Source: an uncultured delta proteobacterium (lineage in GTDB: Bacteria > Desulfobacterota > Syntrophobacteria > BM002). Taken from it: DNA of 64,000 nt. The notes under the pieces were generated by a model that saw only the letters and a program-made list of their open reading frames with translations, did not search any database and was not told the origin of the DNA. The DNA is taken from assembly GCA_963712115.1 (NCBI GenBank), contig CAVQGX010000030.1:32001-96000 (forward strand). Reading direction: 5' to 3'. The translations under genes and the position numbers were made by a program. Position 1 is the stretch's first letter, and the number at the start of each line of letters is the position of its first letter. Below, in pieces: positions 38,966-48,761 of the stretch.

Positions 38966-39793
38966 ATGTTTTGGCTTCTTTTGCTCCTGTTATTTTGGTT
39001 AATGGGTGTTGCTTTTACCTATGTGCTTTTCTATTACGAGTCTGCCAATGGTCCACACCTGGAGGTTCTGCGCTCACGAGGTTCGGTGCCTATTATGATT
39101 CTCAGGGGTTTTCTCTGGAGTCTATACAGCCATTTGCTCGTCTTAGTGACCACAGCAACTGCTTTACACCGCAAATACTACAGCTTGCCACCTGGCCCAG
39201 CCAATAGAACTCCGATTATTTTTGTCCATGGACTTTATCACAACCACACGGCCTGGTACCTTTATCTCCGCTGGTTTCGCCGCTGGGGTTGGAGCCATAT
39301 GAAAGCTATTAACCTGCGGAGAAAATTTCGAACGATCCACGAGTTTGCCCGGATTCTGGCGGACGAAGTTGAAAAGGTAATGGCCGAAAGCCAAAGTGAC
39401 CAGGTGGATTTGGTCGGTCAGAGTATGGGCGGACTTGTGATCAGATCCTATCTGGCGGAAGGCTCTAGCCGAGCTAAAATCCGCAGAGTTGTTACCCTTG
39501 GAAGCCCACACGGAGGCACAAAGCTGGCAGTTTTCGGTCTGGGTCAAGCAGCAAAAGAAATGGTTCCCGGGAGTGCATTTCTGGAATCACTGAATCAGGG
39601 TGTCCAAATTCCAGAAGGTGGTCGTTTTTACGCTATTTACACTATTGTGGACAACATGGTTCTGCCCAACGAATCCACGAAGCTTGCTTGGGATGGGGTG
39701 AAGAATCTGGAGACTAGAATTGTAAATCACGTAGGCTTGGCGTATTGCAAACATACGGCACGGTTAGTAAAAGAGTGCCTGGATGAGGATTAA
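38966..39793 (+). CDS. Membrane-anchored alpha/beta hydrolase (lipase/esterase-like)
   Basis: FVHG, nucleophile elbow GQSMGG, TLGSPH.GT, D..V.P, late His. Confidence 0.85.
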   Translation: MFWLLLLLLFWLMGVAFTYVLFYYESANGPHLEVLRSRGSVPIMILRGFLWSLYSHLLVLVTTATALHRKYYSLPPGPANRTPIIFVHGLYHNHTAWYLYLRWFRRWGWSHMKAINLRRKFRTIHEFARILADEVEKVMAESQSDQVDLVGQSMGGLVIRSYLAEGSSRAKIRRVVTLGSPHGGTKLAVFGLGQAAKEMVPGSAFLESLNQGVQIPEGGRFYAIYTIVDNMVLPNESTKLAWDGVKNLETRIVNHVGLAYCKHTARLVKECLDED

Positions 39794-39974
39794 CCCGGAT
39801 GTTTCATGAATTGCTTACTACGACCACGGATATGGGCATCCTTCCGTGCGTCCTCGGGTGTTGGCCCCTGCGACGTACCGTTCAGGTACGCCTCGGGACC
39901 AATACCCTGCGGTTGCCCGGTGGCACGCCCATCTTCCTGGTCTCGTGACAGCAATCCATGAAACATCCGGGTTA
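39791..39974. mobile_element. MITE-like element copy 3 (short form)
   Basis: TAACCCGGATGTTTCATG...CATGAAACATCCGGGTTA; left end is the hydrolase stop codon. Confidence 0.82.
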
Positions 39975-39989
39975 GGACAGGAGCGGAAA

Positions 39990-40160
39990 ATGGATCGATT
40001 CCAGTGCGCCCAGTGCAATGAAATCTTCTACTTTGATATGGAACTGGAGGGTATGGAAGCTAAAGCGGGTGAGAAATTGTCTTTGGCCTGTCCTCATTGT
40101 GAGCATCAGTGGTCGTATTATATGCCGGAAGATGTTGACAGGGAGATTACTATTCACTGA
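39990..40160 (+). CDS. Small zinc-ribbon protein (56 aa)
   Basis: AGGAG RBS; CAQC...CPHC. Confidence 0.65.
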   Translation: MDRFQCAQCNEIFYFDMELEGMEAKAGEKLSLACPHCEHQWSYYMPEDVDREITIH

Positions 40161-40274
40161 GTAAAGCGGAGGAATTTATAAGTCAGCTGGTCCGCGCGAG
40201 ATCCGCAGTTTAAGAAAAGAAGACAGGTCTGAAGGAAATGTCAATAGAGATACTAGCTGAACTAGTAACCAATT

Positions 40275-40466
40275 TTAGGCAGCGCGAAGACGGGCGGAAA
40301 ACCAGTGTACTTTCTCTTCTTGAAACCTTACCATGGCTCTTTGAAAGGCCGCTAGTTTGTCACACTCTCTCATGCACAGTTCTCGATCTTCATCTAGCCT
40401 AGGGCAGCCGCGGCAAGGACTCTCAACGGTCTTGATGATCATCCTTTCATTGTAGTCCATATCCAC
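40275..40466 (-). CDS. Small Cys-rich hypothetical protein
   Basis: SPCRGC...C...C..L..FQ; TTGACA-16-TAAAAT upstream (40520-40547). Confidence 0.6.
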   Translation of the reverse strand: MDMDYNERMIIKTVESPCRGCPRLDEDRELCMRECDKLAAFQRAMVRFQEEKVHWFSARLRAA

Positions 40467-40579
40467 CCCCTCTCGCCCCTAAAGCGAGTTTGGGGTTCAC
40501 AATCATTTAATCTTTTTTCATTTTAGCAAACCTGTTATTTCTGTCAATAGAAACAGGAGAACAAACACCACCTGGACTA

Positions 40580-40643
40580 AGGTTTCAGTATTCAGGTTTC
40601 AGCCTCTCTGTCTCTTCCTCCTGACACCTGAAACCTGACACCC
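40580..40643. repeat. Heptamer palindrome family B copy
   Basis: GGTTTCAGTATTCAGGTTTCAG...CCTGACACCTGAAACCTGACACC. Confidence 0.78.
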
Positions 40644-40820
40644 AGAGTGCTGAGATCGGAAATTTGATGCAGTGGAGGCTTCTATTGTTAGGGTAGGGCA
40701 ATTTTGTTATAGTGAGCCCGCTCTAAGCTACTAGGCCGCATCGAGACAATCTACTTAGTGGCCTTGGCGTCCTTTGCCGATTAATTTTTAAGACTGGTAA
40801 ATTCTGATAGGACGAAAAAA

Positions 40821-42542
40821 ATGACCGAGTGGCAGCAGAGATTGGCCAGGAGGATTGAAGCGGCCAGGGGTGATAGACCCGTGGATCTCCTTTTTCGGGG
40901 GGCAAAGGTGGTCAACGTCTTTACAGGCGAGCTGGCCTCAATCTCAGTTGCCGTATACGATGGCGTGGTTGTTGGCTTTGATGATCGTCGAGCAAAGGAG
41001 GTTGTAGAACTCAATAATGACATTCTCTCACCAGGTTTTATTGACGGCCATTTTCACCTGGAAAGCACCCTTCTTGTGCCAGGCGAATTTGCTAAAGCAG
41101 TACTTCCCCATGGAACCACTACGGTGGTGGCTGATCCTCATGAGATAGCCAATGTTGCCGGTGTCTCCGGTGTTGAATTTATGCTCGAGGCAAGCGAGAA
41201 CATCGGGCTTGAAATTTTCTATATGGCCCCTTCCTGTGTGCCGGCAACTCACCTGGAGACAGCCGGAGCGCAATTAAACGGGAATGATATTGAGAAATTA
41301 GCCCAAAATCCTAGAGTTATAGGACTGGCGGAGATGATGAATTTCCCGGGTGTGATTTGTGGAGACCCTGCAATTTTGGACAAACTCGAGCGTTTTCGGG
41401 ACAAGGTAATTGATGGACATTCGCCGGGTCTTAGCGGAGCTTCACTGGATGCCTATTTGTGTGGTGGGATTGGGTCGGATCACGAGTGTACTCGGTTGGA
41501 AGAGGCAAGGGAGAAGCTCGCCAAAGGGATGCACATTATGTTGCGGGAAGGGAGCCAGGCCCGAGACCTAGAAGCACTAGCTCCTTTGGTAACCGCTCAA
41601 ACAAAACACCGTTGTATGTTGGTGAGCGACGACTGTCATCCGGAAGATCTACTAGAACAGGGGCATATGAATCGGGTTCTGAAGAGGGCTATGGAGCTGT
41701 CCATCGACCCAATAAGCGCTATCCAGCTGGCCAGTCTTAATCCGGCCCGCTACTTTGGCCTGCGCAAGCTTGGTGCAATTGCTCCTGGCTATCAGGCGGA
41801 TATAGTGGTGCTCGGATCACTGGCATCCTTGGAAGTGTCCAGGGTTTACAAGAAAGGTCGACTGGTTGCCAAAGATGGCAAATGTTTGCTGCCCGAGGTC
41901 TCAGCAGCAAAAGAGAGTAAACTTATTTCTATGAAACTCGAGGAAGTGAAAGAAGAAGACCTGCGCATTCAGGTTGCAGGCTCGGGGGTAAGGGCTATCC
42001 GAGCTGCAGCCAATACCCTGATAACAGAAGAGGAGATTCTCCCCGTGGGGGGCAAAGGAGGTGAGGCCGCGAGTGAGCCGGACCGGGACTTGCTCAAGAT
42101 GGCTGTTATAGAGCGACACCACGGGAGCGGTCGCAAGGGTTTTGGTTTCATCCGCGGTATTGGTCTCCGCCGGGGAGCACTTGCCTCAACCGTGGCTCAT
42201 GATTCGCACAATTTAATTGTAGTGGGGGCTAATGACTCGGATATGGTAGTTGCGGTGAATGCCTTGCGGGAGTTGGGAGGCGGTCTGGTGGTGGTCGAGG
42301 GTGGCCAGATTCGAGCACAGCTACCCCTGCCTGTTGCCGGTCTTATGTCTACTTCTTCCTTGGAACGAGTGGTGGAGTTGAAAAAAGAGGTCAACCAAGC
42401 TGCCCTAGCGCTTGGGGCCACCCTGGAACAACCATTTATGGCCCTGTCATTTATGGCCTTGCCGGTTATACCTAAACTCAAGCTAACAGATCAGGGACTT
42501 GTTGATGTTGAAAGCTTCAAACATGTACCACTGTTCGTCTAA
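40821..42542 (+). CDS. ade: Adenine deaminase
   Basis: PGFIDGHFHLES, DPHEIANV, LAEMMNFPG, DGHSP, SDHEC, ERH, AHDSHN, LPVIP.LKLTD.GL. Confidence 0.95.
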   Translation: MTEWQQRLARRIEAARGDRPVDLLFRGAKVVNVFTGELASISVAVYDGVVVGFDDRRAKEVVELNNDILSPGFIDGHFHLESTLLVPGEFAKAVLPHGTTTVVADPHEIANVAGVSGVEFMLEASENIGLEIFYMAPSCVPATHLETAGAQLNGNDIEKLAQNPRVIGLAEMMNFPGVICGDPAILDKLERFRDKVIDGHSPGLSGASLDAYLCGGIGSDHECTRLEEAREKLAKGMHIMLREGSQARDLEALAPLVTAQTKHRCMLVSDDCHPEDLLEQGHMNRVLKRAMELSIDPISAIQLASLNPARYFGLRKLGAIAPGYQADIVVLGSLASLEVSRVYKKGRLVAKDGKCLLPEVSAAKESKLISMKLEEVKEEDLRIQVAGSGVRAIRAAANTLITEEEILPVGGKGGEAASEPDRDLLKMAVIERHHGSGRKGFGFIRGIGLRRGALASTVAHDSHNLIVVGANDSDMVVAVNALRELGGGLVVVEGGQIRAQLPLPVAGLMSTSSLERVVELKKEVNQAALALGATLEQPFMALSFMALPVIPKLKLTDQGLVDVESFKHVPLFV

Positions 42543-42580
42543 GGCAGAGAGCATAGAGCAGAGGGAAATACAGCTGGCAG

Positions 42581-42684
42581 CCCTTCGACAGGCTCAGGGG
42601 AAGCTTGCAGCTGGCAGTTGGCAGGACGCAGAGATCAGAGGTCAGAGTTAAGTCTGATCTCTGATTCCCGACTTCTGACCTCTG
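42581..42684. repeat. CCCTTCGACAGGCTCAGGG mini-repeat followed by family A palindrome
   Basis: 42581-42599 REP-like unit; 42629-42684 CAGAGATCAGAGGTCAGA..TCTGATCTCTGATTCCCGACTTCTGACCTCTG. Confidence 0.75.
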
Positions 42685-42706
42685 GAATAGACGACTTGAA
42701 CGGTCG

Positions 42707-45604
42707 ATGAATATGCAAAGTTTTATCGAATTTCTCAAGACGGCCCAGCTTCCGGGAGCGCGCTTGGTGCATCATGAGTTCATCCCAAGTCGGAAAGCCG
42801 TATATGGGAATGTCCAGCCACCTCTTACCCCGCCACTGAAGTCCGCTTTGGCCAAGCTAAATATCACCAGATTGTATAGCCATCAGGCGGAAAGTCTCAC
42901 TAGCTTGCGCAAGGGTGAAAATGTGGTGGTAGCCACGCCCACCGCCAGTGGCAAATCTCTCATCTACAACCTAGCTCTAGTGGAGTTGCTAAGCCAGCAA
43001 GCTGCTGGCCACGGACTTTACCTTTTTCCTCTCAAAGCTCTGGCGCAAGATCAATACCAGGCCTTTGTCGCACTCAATCAAGAGCTGCCAAGGGAACTCC
43101 AATTGGAAGCTGCTGTTTATGATGGGGATACCCCCTCGAGTCAGCGCCGTCGAATTAAAGAAAACCTGCCCAATTTGCTCATTTCGAACCCAGATATGCT
43201 TCATTTGGGGTTTTTGCCCTTCCATCAACAATGGGAGAGTTTTTTTCGTAATCTCCGTCTTGTGGTAATCGATGAAATACACACATATCGAGGTATTTTT
43301 GGCTCACATGTGGCGCAGGTTCTGCGAAGACTACAAAGGGTCTGCCGGCTCTATGGATCGCAGCCCAGGTACATTTTGCTCTCCGCTACCATCGAGAACG
43401 CCAGAGATTTCGCTAGTCGATTAACCGGCCTGGAATTCCGGGCGGTGGAGCAAAACGGTGCACCCCAGGCAGGAAGGCATTTCTTTTTTGTAAATCCTGA
43501 TATAAGCGCCACTACTGTGGCCGCCCGTCTGTTCGTCAAAGCACTGCAAAGTAACCTTAAAACGATCGCTTTTACCCAGGCTCGAAAGCTCACCGAAATC
43601 ATCCACATGAACGTGGCTGAAGCAACCCCGGCACTTGCCTCTAAGGTCAGCTCATATCGGGCTGGTTTTCTTGCTGAAGAGAGGCGAGATATAGAACAAG
43701 GTTTGGCTAGCGGTTCAGTGGCCGGAGTAATCTCCACCAGCGCTTTGGAGATGGGCATCGACATTGGCGGTCTGGACGCCTGCATTTTAGTTGGATATCC
43801 CGGCACTATCATCAACACCTGGCAGCGCAGTGGCAGGGTTGGGCGAGGGCGGAGCGATTCGTTGGTGATTCTCATAGCCCAGCCAGATGCTCTCGACCAG
43901 TACTTCATGCGCCATCCTGCAGATTTTTTCCAACGTTCTTTCGAGGCGGCGGTGGTTGATCCAGATAATCCTGAAGTTGTGGACGCCCATCTACCTTGTG
44001 CTGCCGCTGAGATTCCTCTGAATGGAAGTGATGACCTTTACAGTAATGGAGGTCTTCTAGCTTCTCGAGCACCGGTGCTTGAGGCAAGCGGTGCCCTGTT
44101 ACGAAGCGCAGATGGCAATGTCTGGTATGCAGCTAAGCAACGGCCTCAGCGTTTGGTGGATATAAGGAGCGTGGGCGAAGGTTATGTCATCCTAGATAAG
44201 TCCAGTGAGAAAGCGGTAGGCAAGAACGACGGAGTCAGGGTTTTCAAAGAATGCCACAAAGGGGCAATTTACCTCCACAGGGGCCAGCAACACCTGGTGA
44301 CCCATTTAGACCTGAAAAGGAAAAACGTTTTTGTGAAGCCCACCAAGGTTCGCTATTATACCCGGGCCCTAAGTGAGAAAGAGACTGAAATCTTAGCGGT
44401 GGAACTGAGCCGGCCGGTTGCCAATTTCATCGTCCGGTTGGGTCGTGTCCGAGTTACCGAGCAGGTTGTTGGGTACGAGAAGCGCAATCTCTACAGCGGA
44501 GAGCTTTTGGATAGTCTATCTCTAGAGCTGCCTTCGCAGAGTTTTGAGACCATCGGTTTCTGGCTGGAGATCGAGGACATTCTCCAGGAAATGGTGCGGC
44601 AAAGGGCGCTCCATTTCATGGGGGGGATCCACGCCCTTGAGCATGCCCTGATCAGCATGTTTCCCCTCTTCGCCTTGTGCGACCGCAATGACATTGGGGG
44701 CATTGCCGTGCCCCGCCATTTGCAGTTACAAAAGAGTGCGGTTTTTATTTACGACGGATACCCCGGGGGGGTTGGTTTAGCGGCAAGAGGATTCGACATG
44801 ATAGAGGAACTCCTAAAAAAGACTGTCGAACTTATTGCAGCTTGCCCGTGTGATTTGGGATGTCCTTCCTGCATTCATTCACCAAAGTGCGGTGGAGGCA
44901 ACAAGCCCCTGGATAAAACCGCGGCTTTATTTCTGGCCAGGGGTTTGCTTGGCGAATTTCCCTTAGAACTGAAGCTTAAAGAGGACGATCATTTAGTTGT
45001 GGCCCATGAAGTCGCGGCAGAAAAAATCAGTAGTGAACCGAATGTGGCCTTTTTTGACCTTGAAACACAGCGGTTGGCTGAGGAAGTGGGCGGCTGGGGA
45101 AACGTCCACCTGATGCGCCTGGCGGTGGGGGTACTTTACGATAAGGGTGCCAATGGATTCGAGGTCTTTGCAGAGGAGCAGGTTGAAAACTTGATCGAAC
45201 GGTTAAGGGGGTTCGATCTGGTGGTGGGTTTTAATGTCAAACGGTTCGATTATCGGGTGTTGGGAGCTTATACGGGTTTCGATTTCCGCCAGTTACCCAC
45301 CTTCGATATCCTGGAAGATATCTACCAACGCTTGGGGTTTCGCCTAAGCCTGGGGCACCTGGCTGAACAGACCCTGGGAAAAACCAAGATAGCCGATGGC
45401 ATCCAGGCGGTTCGCTGGCTCAGAGAAGGAAAACTTGATGCAGTGGTTGAATACTGTAAAGATGATGTGGCCATTACCAGAGATCTCTTCGACTTCGGTC
45501 TCAGCCAAGGTTATCTAGTCTATCAGACAAAAAATGGGCAACCGGTCCGACTGCCGGTAAATTGGAATTTGGACGATATCCTTAGGGAAGCAATTCGGAG
45601 CTGA
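42707..45604 (+). CDS. MrfA/Hrq1-like DEAH helicase with DUF1998, fused to C-terminal YprB/MrfB-like DEDD exonuclease domain
   Basis: TPTASGKS, PLKALAQDQ, DEIH, SATI, QRSGRVGR, CPC..GCPSC; then FFDLET, GFN...FD, YC.DDV. Confidence 0.9.
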   Translation: MNMQSFIEFLKTAQLPGARLVHHEFIPSRKAVYGNVQPPLTPPLKSALAKLNITRLYSHQAESLTSLRKGENVVVATPTASGKSLIYNLALVELLSQQAAGHGLYLFPLKALAQDQYQAFVALNQELPRELQLEAAVYDGDTPSSQRRRIKENLPNLLISNPDMLHLGFLPFHQQWESFFRNLRLVVIDEIHTYRGIFGSHVAQVLRRLQRVCRLYGSQPRYILLSATIENARDFASRLTGLEFRAVEQNGAPQAGRHFFFVNPDISATTVAARLFVKALQSNLKTIAFTQARKLTEIIHMNVAEATPALASKVSSYRAGFLAEERRDIEQGLASGSVAGVISTSALEMGIDIGGLDACILVGYPGTIINTWQRSGRVGRGRSDSLVILIAQPDALDQYFMRHPADFFQRSFEAAVVDPDNPEVVDAHLPCAAAEIPLNGSDDLYSNGGLLASRAPVLEASGALLRSADGNVWYAAKQRPQRLVDIRSVGEGYVILDKSSEKAVGKNDGVRVFKECHKGAIYLHRGQQHLVTHLDLKRKNVFVKPTKVRYYTRALSEKETEILAVELSRPVANFIVRLGRVRVTEQVVGYEKRNLYSGELLDSLSLELPSQSFETIGFWLEIEDILQEMVRQRALHFMGGIHALEHALISMFPLFALCDRNDIGGIAVPRHLQLQKSAVFIYDGYPGGVGLAARGFDMIEELLKKTVELIAACPCDLGCPSCIHSPKCGGGNKPLDKTAALFLARGLLGEFPLELKLKEDDHLVVAHEVAAEKISSEPNVAFFDLETQRLAEEVGGWGNVHLMRLAVGVLYDKGANGFEVFAEEQVENLIERLRGFDLVVGFNVKRFDYRVLGAYTGFDFRQLPTFDILEDIYQRLGFRLSLGHLAEQTLGKTKIADGIQAVRWLREGKLDAVVEYCKDDVAITRDLFDFGLSQGYLVYQTKNGQPVRLPVNWNLDDILREAIRS

Positions 45605-45620
45605 GGTTTTTCGAGGGGGA

Positions 45621-46229
45621 TCACCTCTGGCAGGCGGGAGTCCACTGCCAGGCCGGACAACCTAAGACACTGAACCAGAAACCATTGCGGACCATCCACT
45701 GACCATGGGTACTCCATTCTGGAGGGCCTTGTGGATTCTCCCGGTTGAACATCTTGAAACTGTACTGGTAATCTGTCAGGCCGTTGTTGTGGAAACCCTC
45801 GTTGGTCCGCAATGATAATACCAGGGTCTGGTCGAAGAGTTCTGGCGTTTGTACATTTACAGCCTTGATCCTGTAACCACGATGGCTGTCAGGCTGGAAC
45901 CCCATGGCGAGTTCCGGAATGAAATATTTGCCTGAGGAAGCAGGACGGTCGGATGGGCTCCAGCCGATCTCGATTACCGCCCCTGATTCGCTGGTCTTCT
46001 CACCGGGTTTTAGAGGGTAGAAGTTTTTATTGTCCTGATAATACAAATCCTGAGCACTGAGAAAGTCGATTACCGAAGTGCGGCATTGAATCTTGCGCTG
46101 TCGGAGGGAATAGGCGGTGAAGGTCGGCATTGCCAGCGCCACTAGCAGCCCCACCACTCCCAGGGTCACTAGCAGTTCCAAGACGTTAAAACCGCCGTTT
46201 TTTTGGCACCCCAGATGCTTTCTGGACAT
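45621..46229 (-). CDS. Type IV pilin/pseudopilin-like protein
   Basis: Prepilin cleavage G-FNVLELLV followed by hydrophobic helix. Confidence 0.8.
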   Translation of the reverse strand: MSRKHLGCQKNGGFNVLELLVTLGVVGLLVALAMPTFTAYSLRQRKIQCRTSVIDFLSAQDLYYQDNKNFYPLKPGEKTSESGAVIEIGWSPSDRPASSGKYFIPELAMGFQPDSHRGYRIKAVNVQTPELFDQTLVLSLRTNEGFHNNGLTDYQYSFKMFNRENPQGPPEWSTHGQWMVRNGFWFSVLGCPAWQWTPACQR

Positions 46230-46235
46230 GGTGGA

Positions 46236-46835
46236 CTACTTTTCTGTCTGTATAGGATATATATCCAGTTTGGTGGCAACCAGATTCTCGCCGGACAAAG
46301 GGGAATCCGACTTGATTCGCATTAAGTAACCATTCTTCGCGTCGAGATTGTATTCAAGATGACGCAAGGCCGTCCTATTTCCTCCTAAATCGGGTAAATA
46401 GACCGGAATAAGTTCGTAGAGACTATCGGGATAACTATTTCCGTGATCAACTGCATAGTGTTCCAGTGTTCCCTGCAAAGCGGCAAGAAGTTCCACCGGG
46501 GCACTGATGTCCAAAATAACCTGGGGCCTGGGTTCGGTCTGACTCCAGTACAATCTTAGGGCCAAGAGAATAAGTATCCCTGCTAGTCCAACCGCAAGAA
46601 CCAAATTAATGTAAGTGGGGCGCCACTTCTCCTGAAGACCTACAAGGCGATCCTCTTCTTCCTGTTCCCTCAAAGTCGTTTCGCTTTTCACATCTTCGAG
46701 GGAAACTGCCAGCATGCACCTGTGACATAAGGTCCGACCGTCCTCAAGGCGTATGATGCAGCCTTCACAGAGGGCTGCCTCGCAATGATCACAGAATGCA
46801 ATATTGTCTCGATCTGGGTGATAAACACAGCTCAT
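46236..46835 (-). CDS. B-box zinc finger membrane protein
   Basis: CVYHP, CDHC, C..C, C..C; one TM; YP.SL.EL.P.YL pseudopilin-like tail. Confidence 0.7.
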   Translation of the reverse strand: MSCVYHPDRDNIAFCDHCEAALCEGCIIRLEDGRTLCHRCMLAVSLEDVKSETTLREQEEEDRLVGLQEKWRPTYINLVLAVGLAGILILLALRLYWSQTEPRPQVILDISAPVELLAALQGTLEHYAVDHGNSYPDSLYELIPVYLPDLGGNRTALRHLEYNLDAKNGYLMRIKSDSPLSGENLVATKLDIYPIQTEK

Positions 46836-47024
46836 AGGTCCGGCCCCAGGTTCAGGATGAATCAAGACAAGGTAACTGCTGCTAATAACAAATATTATTG
46901 GTAAAATCAATAAGTTGTTCGATCAGCTGATCTTCTTGGGCCAAATCGTCAAACTGTATTAGTCAGGGTGTGACTGCGATTCTCGGCCAAAAACGAGTCT
47001 TTGCAAGTTGCAAGCCAGCCAGTC

Positions 47025-47103
47025 CAGAGATCAGATGTCAGAAGTCAGAAATCAGAGGTAAATCTGCTGTCAGATCTCTGACCTCCGACTTCCGACCTCT
47101 GAC
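47025..47103. repeat. Heptamer palindrome family A copy
   Basis: CAGAGATCAGATGTCAGAAGTCAG...CTCTGACCTCCGACTTCCGACCTCTGAC. Confidence 0.8.
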
Positions 47104-47129
47104 GCCTGCAGGCTGGTTTCTGGAAGGGG

Positions 47130-48302
47130 CTATGAATAGAGTAAATAGGGTCCACGGAGTTGGCGAAACTCCTTTAATTGGGGTTCCCAACTTCGCTCCA
47201 GTTCCTCTATGGGCACACCTGCCTCCAACTGGGTGTGCAGGTCAGTGCTGCCGAGAATAATCTCTATGGGAAGGTGGTTGAATTCGTATTCATAAGGAGG
47301 TGAGATCCATTGGAACTCTTCCCCGTGGCAGGTTACAACTGTCTGAAGCAGGGTAAGAGAGGTTGTGTAGGGGCGGTAGGTTTCGGGATTGGTGAGGTGG
47401 ATTTGGAACCCGGCGCAACTCTCACCTTGCCATTTGTCAAAAGATGGCGTGAAACGAGAGGCTCGTAATACAAGACCGGAAAGTTTCTTATCGGCGAGAA
47501 ACTCCAGAAGCGGTTCTGGCTTGAGATATGGTGCACCCCACAGTTCGAAGGGGGTGGTGGTGCCACGACCCTCTGAAAGGTTGGTTCCCTCCAGAATAAC
47601 TTGGCCTGGATACACCAAGGTTGACTCGGGGGTAGGCAAATTAGGTGAGGGAGGCACCCAATACAGATCCGTCTGGCGATAGAGCATGTCACGTGTCCAG
47701 CCATGCAAGGTAAATACCTGCAGAGGAGCGCCAATATCGAAAGCTTCATTGTAAAGACGAGCCATTTCGGCCATGGTAAGGCCATGGCGCATGGGAATTG
47801 GGAAACGGCCCACGAAAGAGCGGAGCTCGAGATCAAGGAGGTTTCCTTCACAGTGGTGTCCGCCGATGGGATTTGGCCGGTCAAGAACCGCCACCAAAAC
47901 GTCATGACTCCGAGCAGCCTCCATACACAGAGCCAAAGTGGTACCGAAGGTATAGACTCTTGTTCCTACGTCCTGGAGATCAACTAGCAAAACGTCAATG
48001 TATGAAAGCATGTCCTCCGTGGGTTTACGGGTCTGACCGTAGAGGCTAAACACCGGGATACCAAGGCGATGATCGACGAAATCGTCCGACTCTATCATGT
48101 TGGCCTGCTGTTCACCGAAATAACCATGCTGCGGGGCAAAAAGTGCTGTGATTCTAGCACCGGCTTCGAGGAGTCGATCTTTGCTGTGTCGAAGACTACC
48201 ATCAACTGATGCCTGATTGGCGAGCAGGCCAATCCTGGCGGTTTTTAACCAGGCCGGCTGAGTTACAAGCAGGTTATCTATGCCTAACTGGACAGATGCC
48301 AT
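47130..48302 (-). CDS. Exo-beta-N-acetylmuramidase NamZ (DUF1343) family
   Basis: FAPQHG, SLYG, DLQDVG.R.YTF, LDRPNP, RHGLT.AE, PPSPN, SEGRGT..PFE. Confidence 0.9.
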   Translation of the reverse strand: MASVQLGIDNLLVTQPAWLKTARIGLLANQASVDGSLRHSKDRLLEAGARITALFAPQHGYFGEQQANMIESDDFVDHRLGIPVFSLYGQTRKPTEDMLSYIDVLLVDLQDVGTRVYTFGTTLALCMEAARSHDVLVAVLDRPNPIGGHHCEGNLLDLELRSFVGRFPIPMRHGLTMAEMARLYNEAFDIGAPLQVFTLHGWTRDMLYRQTDLYWVPPSPNLPTPESTLVYPGQVILEGTNLSEGRGTTTPFELWGAPYLKPEPLLEFLADKKLSGLVLRASRFTPSFDKWQGESCAGFQIHLTNPETYRPYTTSLTLLQTVVTCHGEEFQWISPPYEYEFNHLPIEIILGSTDLHTQLEAGVPIEELERSWEPQLKEFRQLRGPYLLYS

Positions 48303-48640
48303 GAGTTAAACTCCCTATGCAAGTGAGCACTAGACACTCAACCCTAGAACTCGAAATGGGCAACGCTCAATATCAAATTCGAAATCCTAAGCACCAAGCA
48401 CTAAACAAATCCTAAATTATAATGCTCCAATGCTCGAAACAACAGAAACCAAAATGCAGTCAAAGCAGGTTTTGGTCATTGGAATTTGAGAATTTTGAAT
48501 TTGTTTCGGATTTATTAACAATTTCCGCGTGACGACTTCCGCGTTCTTGTCCCTACTTCCTATATCCTGCTGGGCTCAGCATCATGCTGCTCCCAGAGTT
48601 ATTATAGGAAAGCTTGTTCTGCAGTCAAGGGCAGTATCAC

Positions 48641-48669
48641 TTGACCTTTTGGGTATTATCTAGTAGAGT
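48641..48669 (+). promoter_or_regulatory. Putative sigma70 promoter, back-to-back with a minus-strand promoter at 48601-48628
   Basis: TTGACC-17-TAGAGT on +; TTGACT-16-TATAAT on -. Confidence 0.5.
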
Positions 48670-48761
48670 CGCCTTGTTTCTGGGATGAGCTGAGTGGGCC
48701 TCTAGAAAACACCACTATTATTAGGGATACTCCGCCAACGGATGTCTGATTGGAAGTATGC

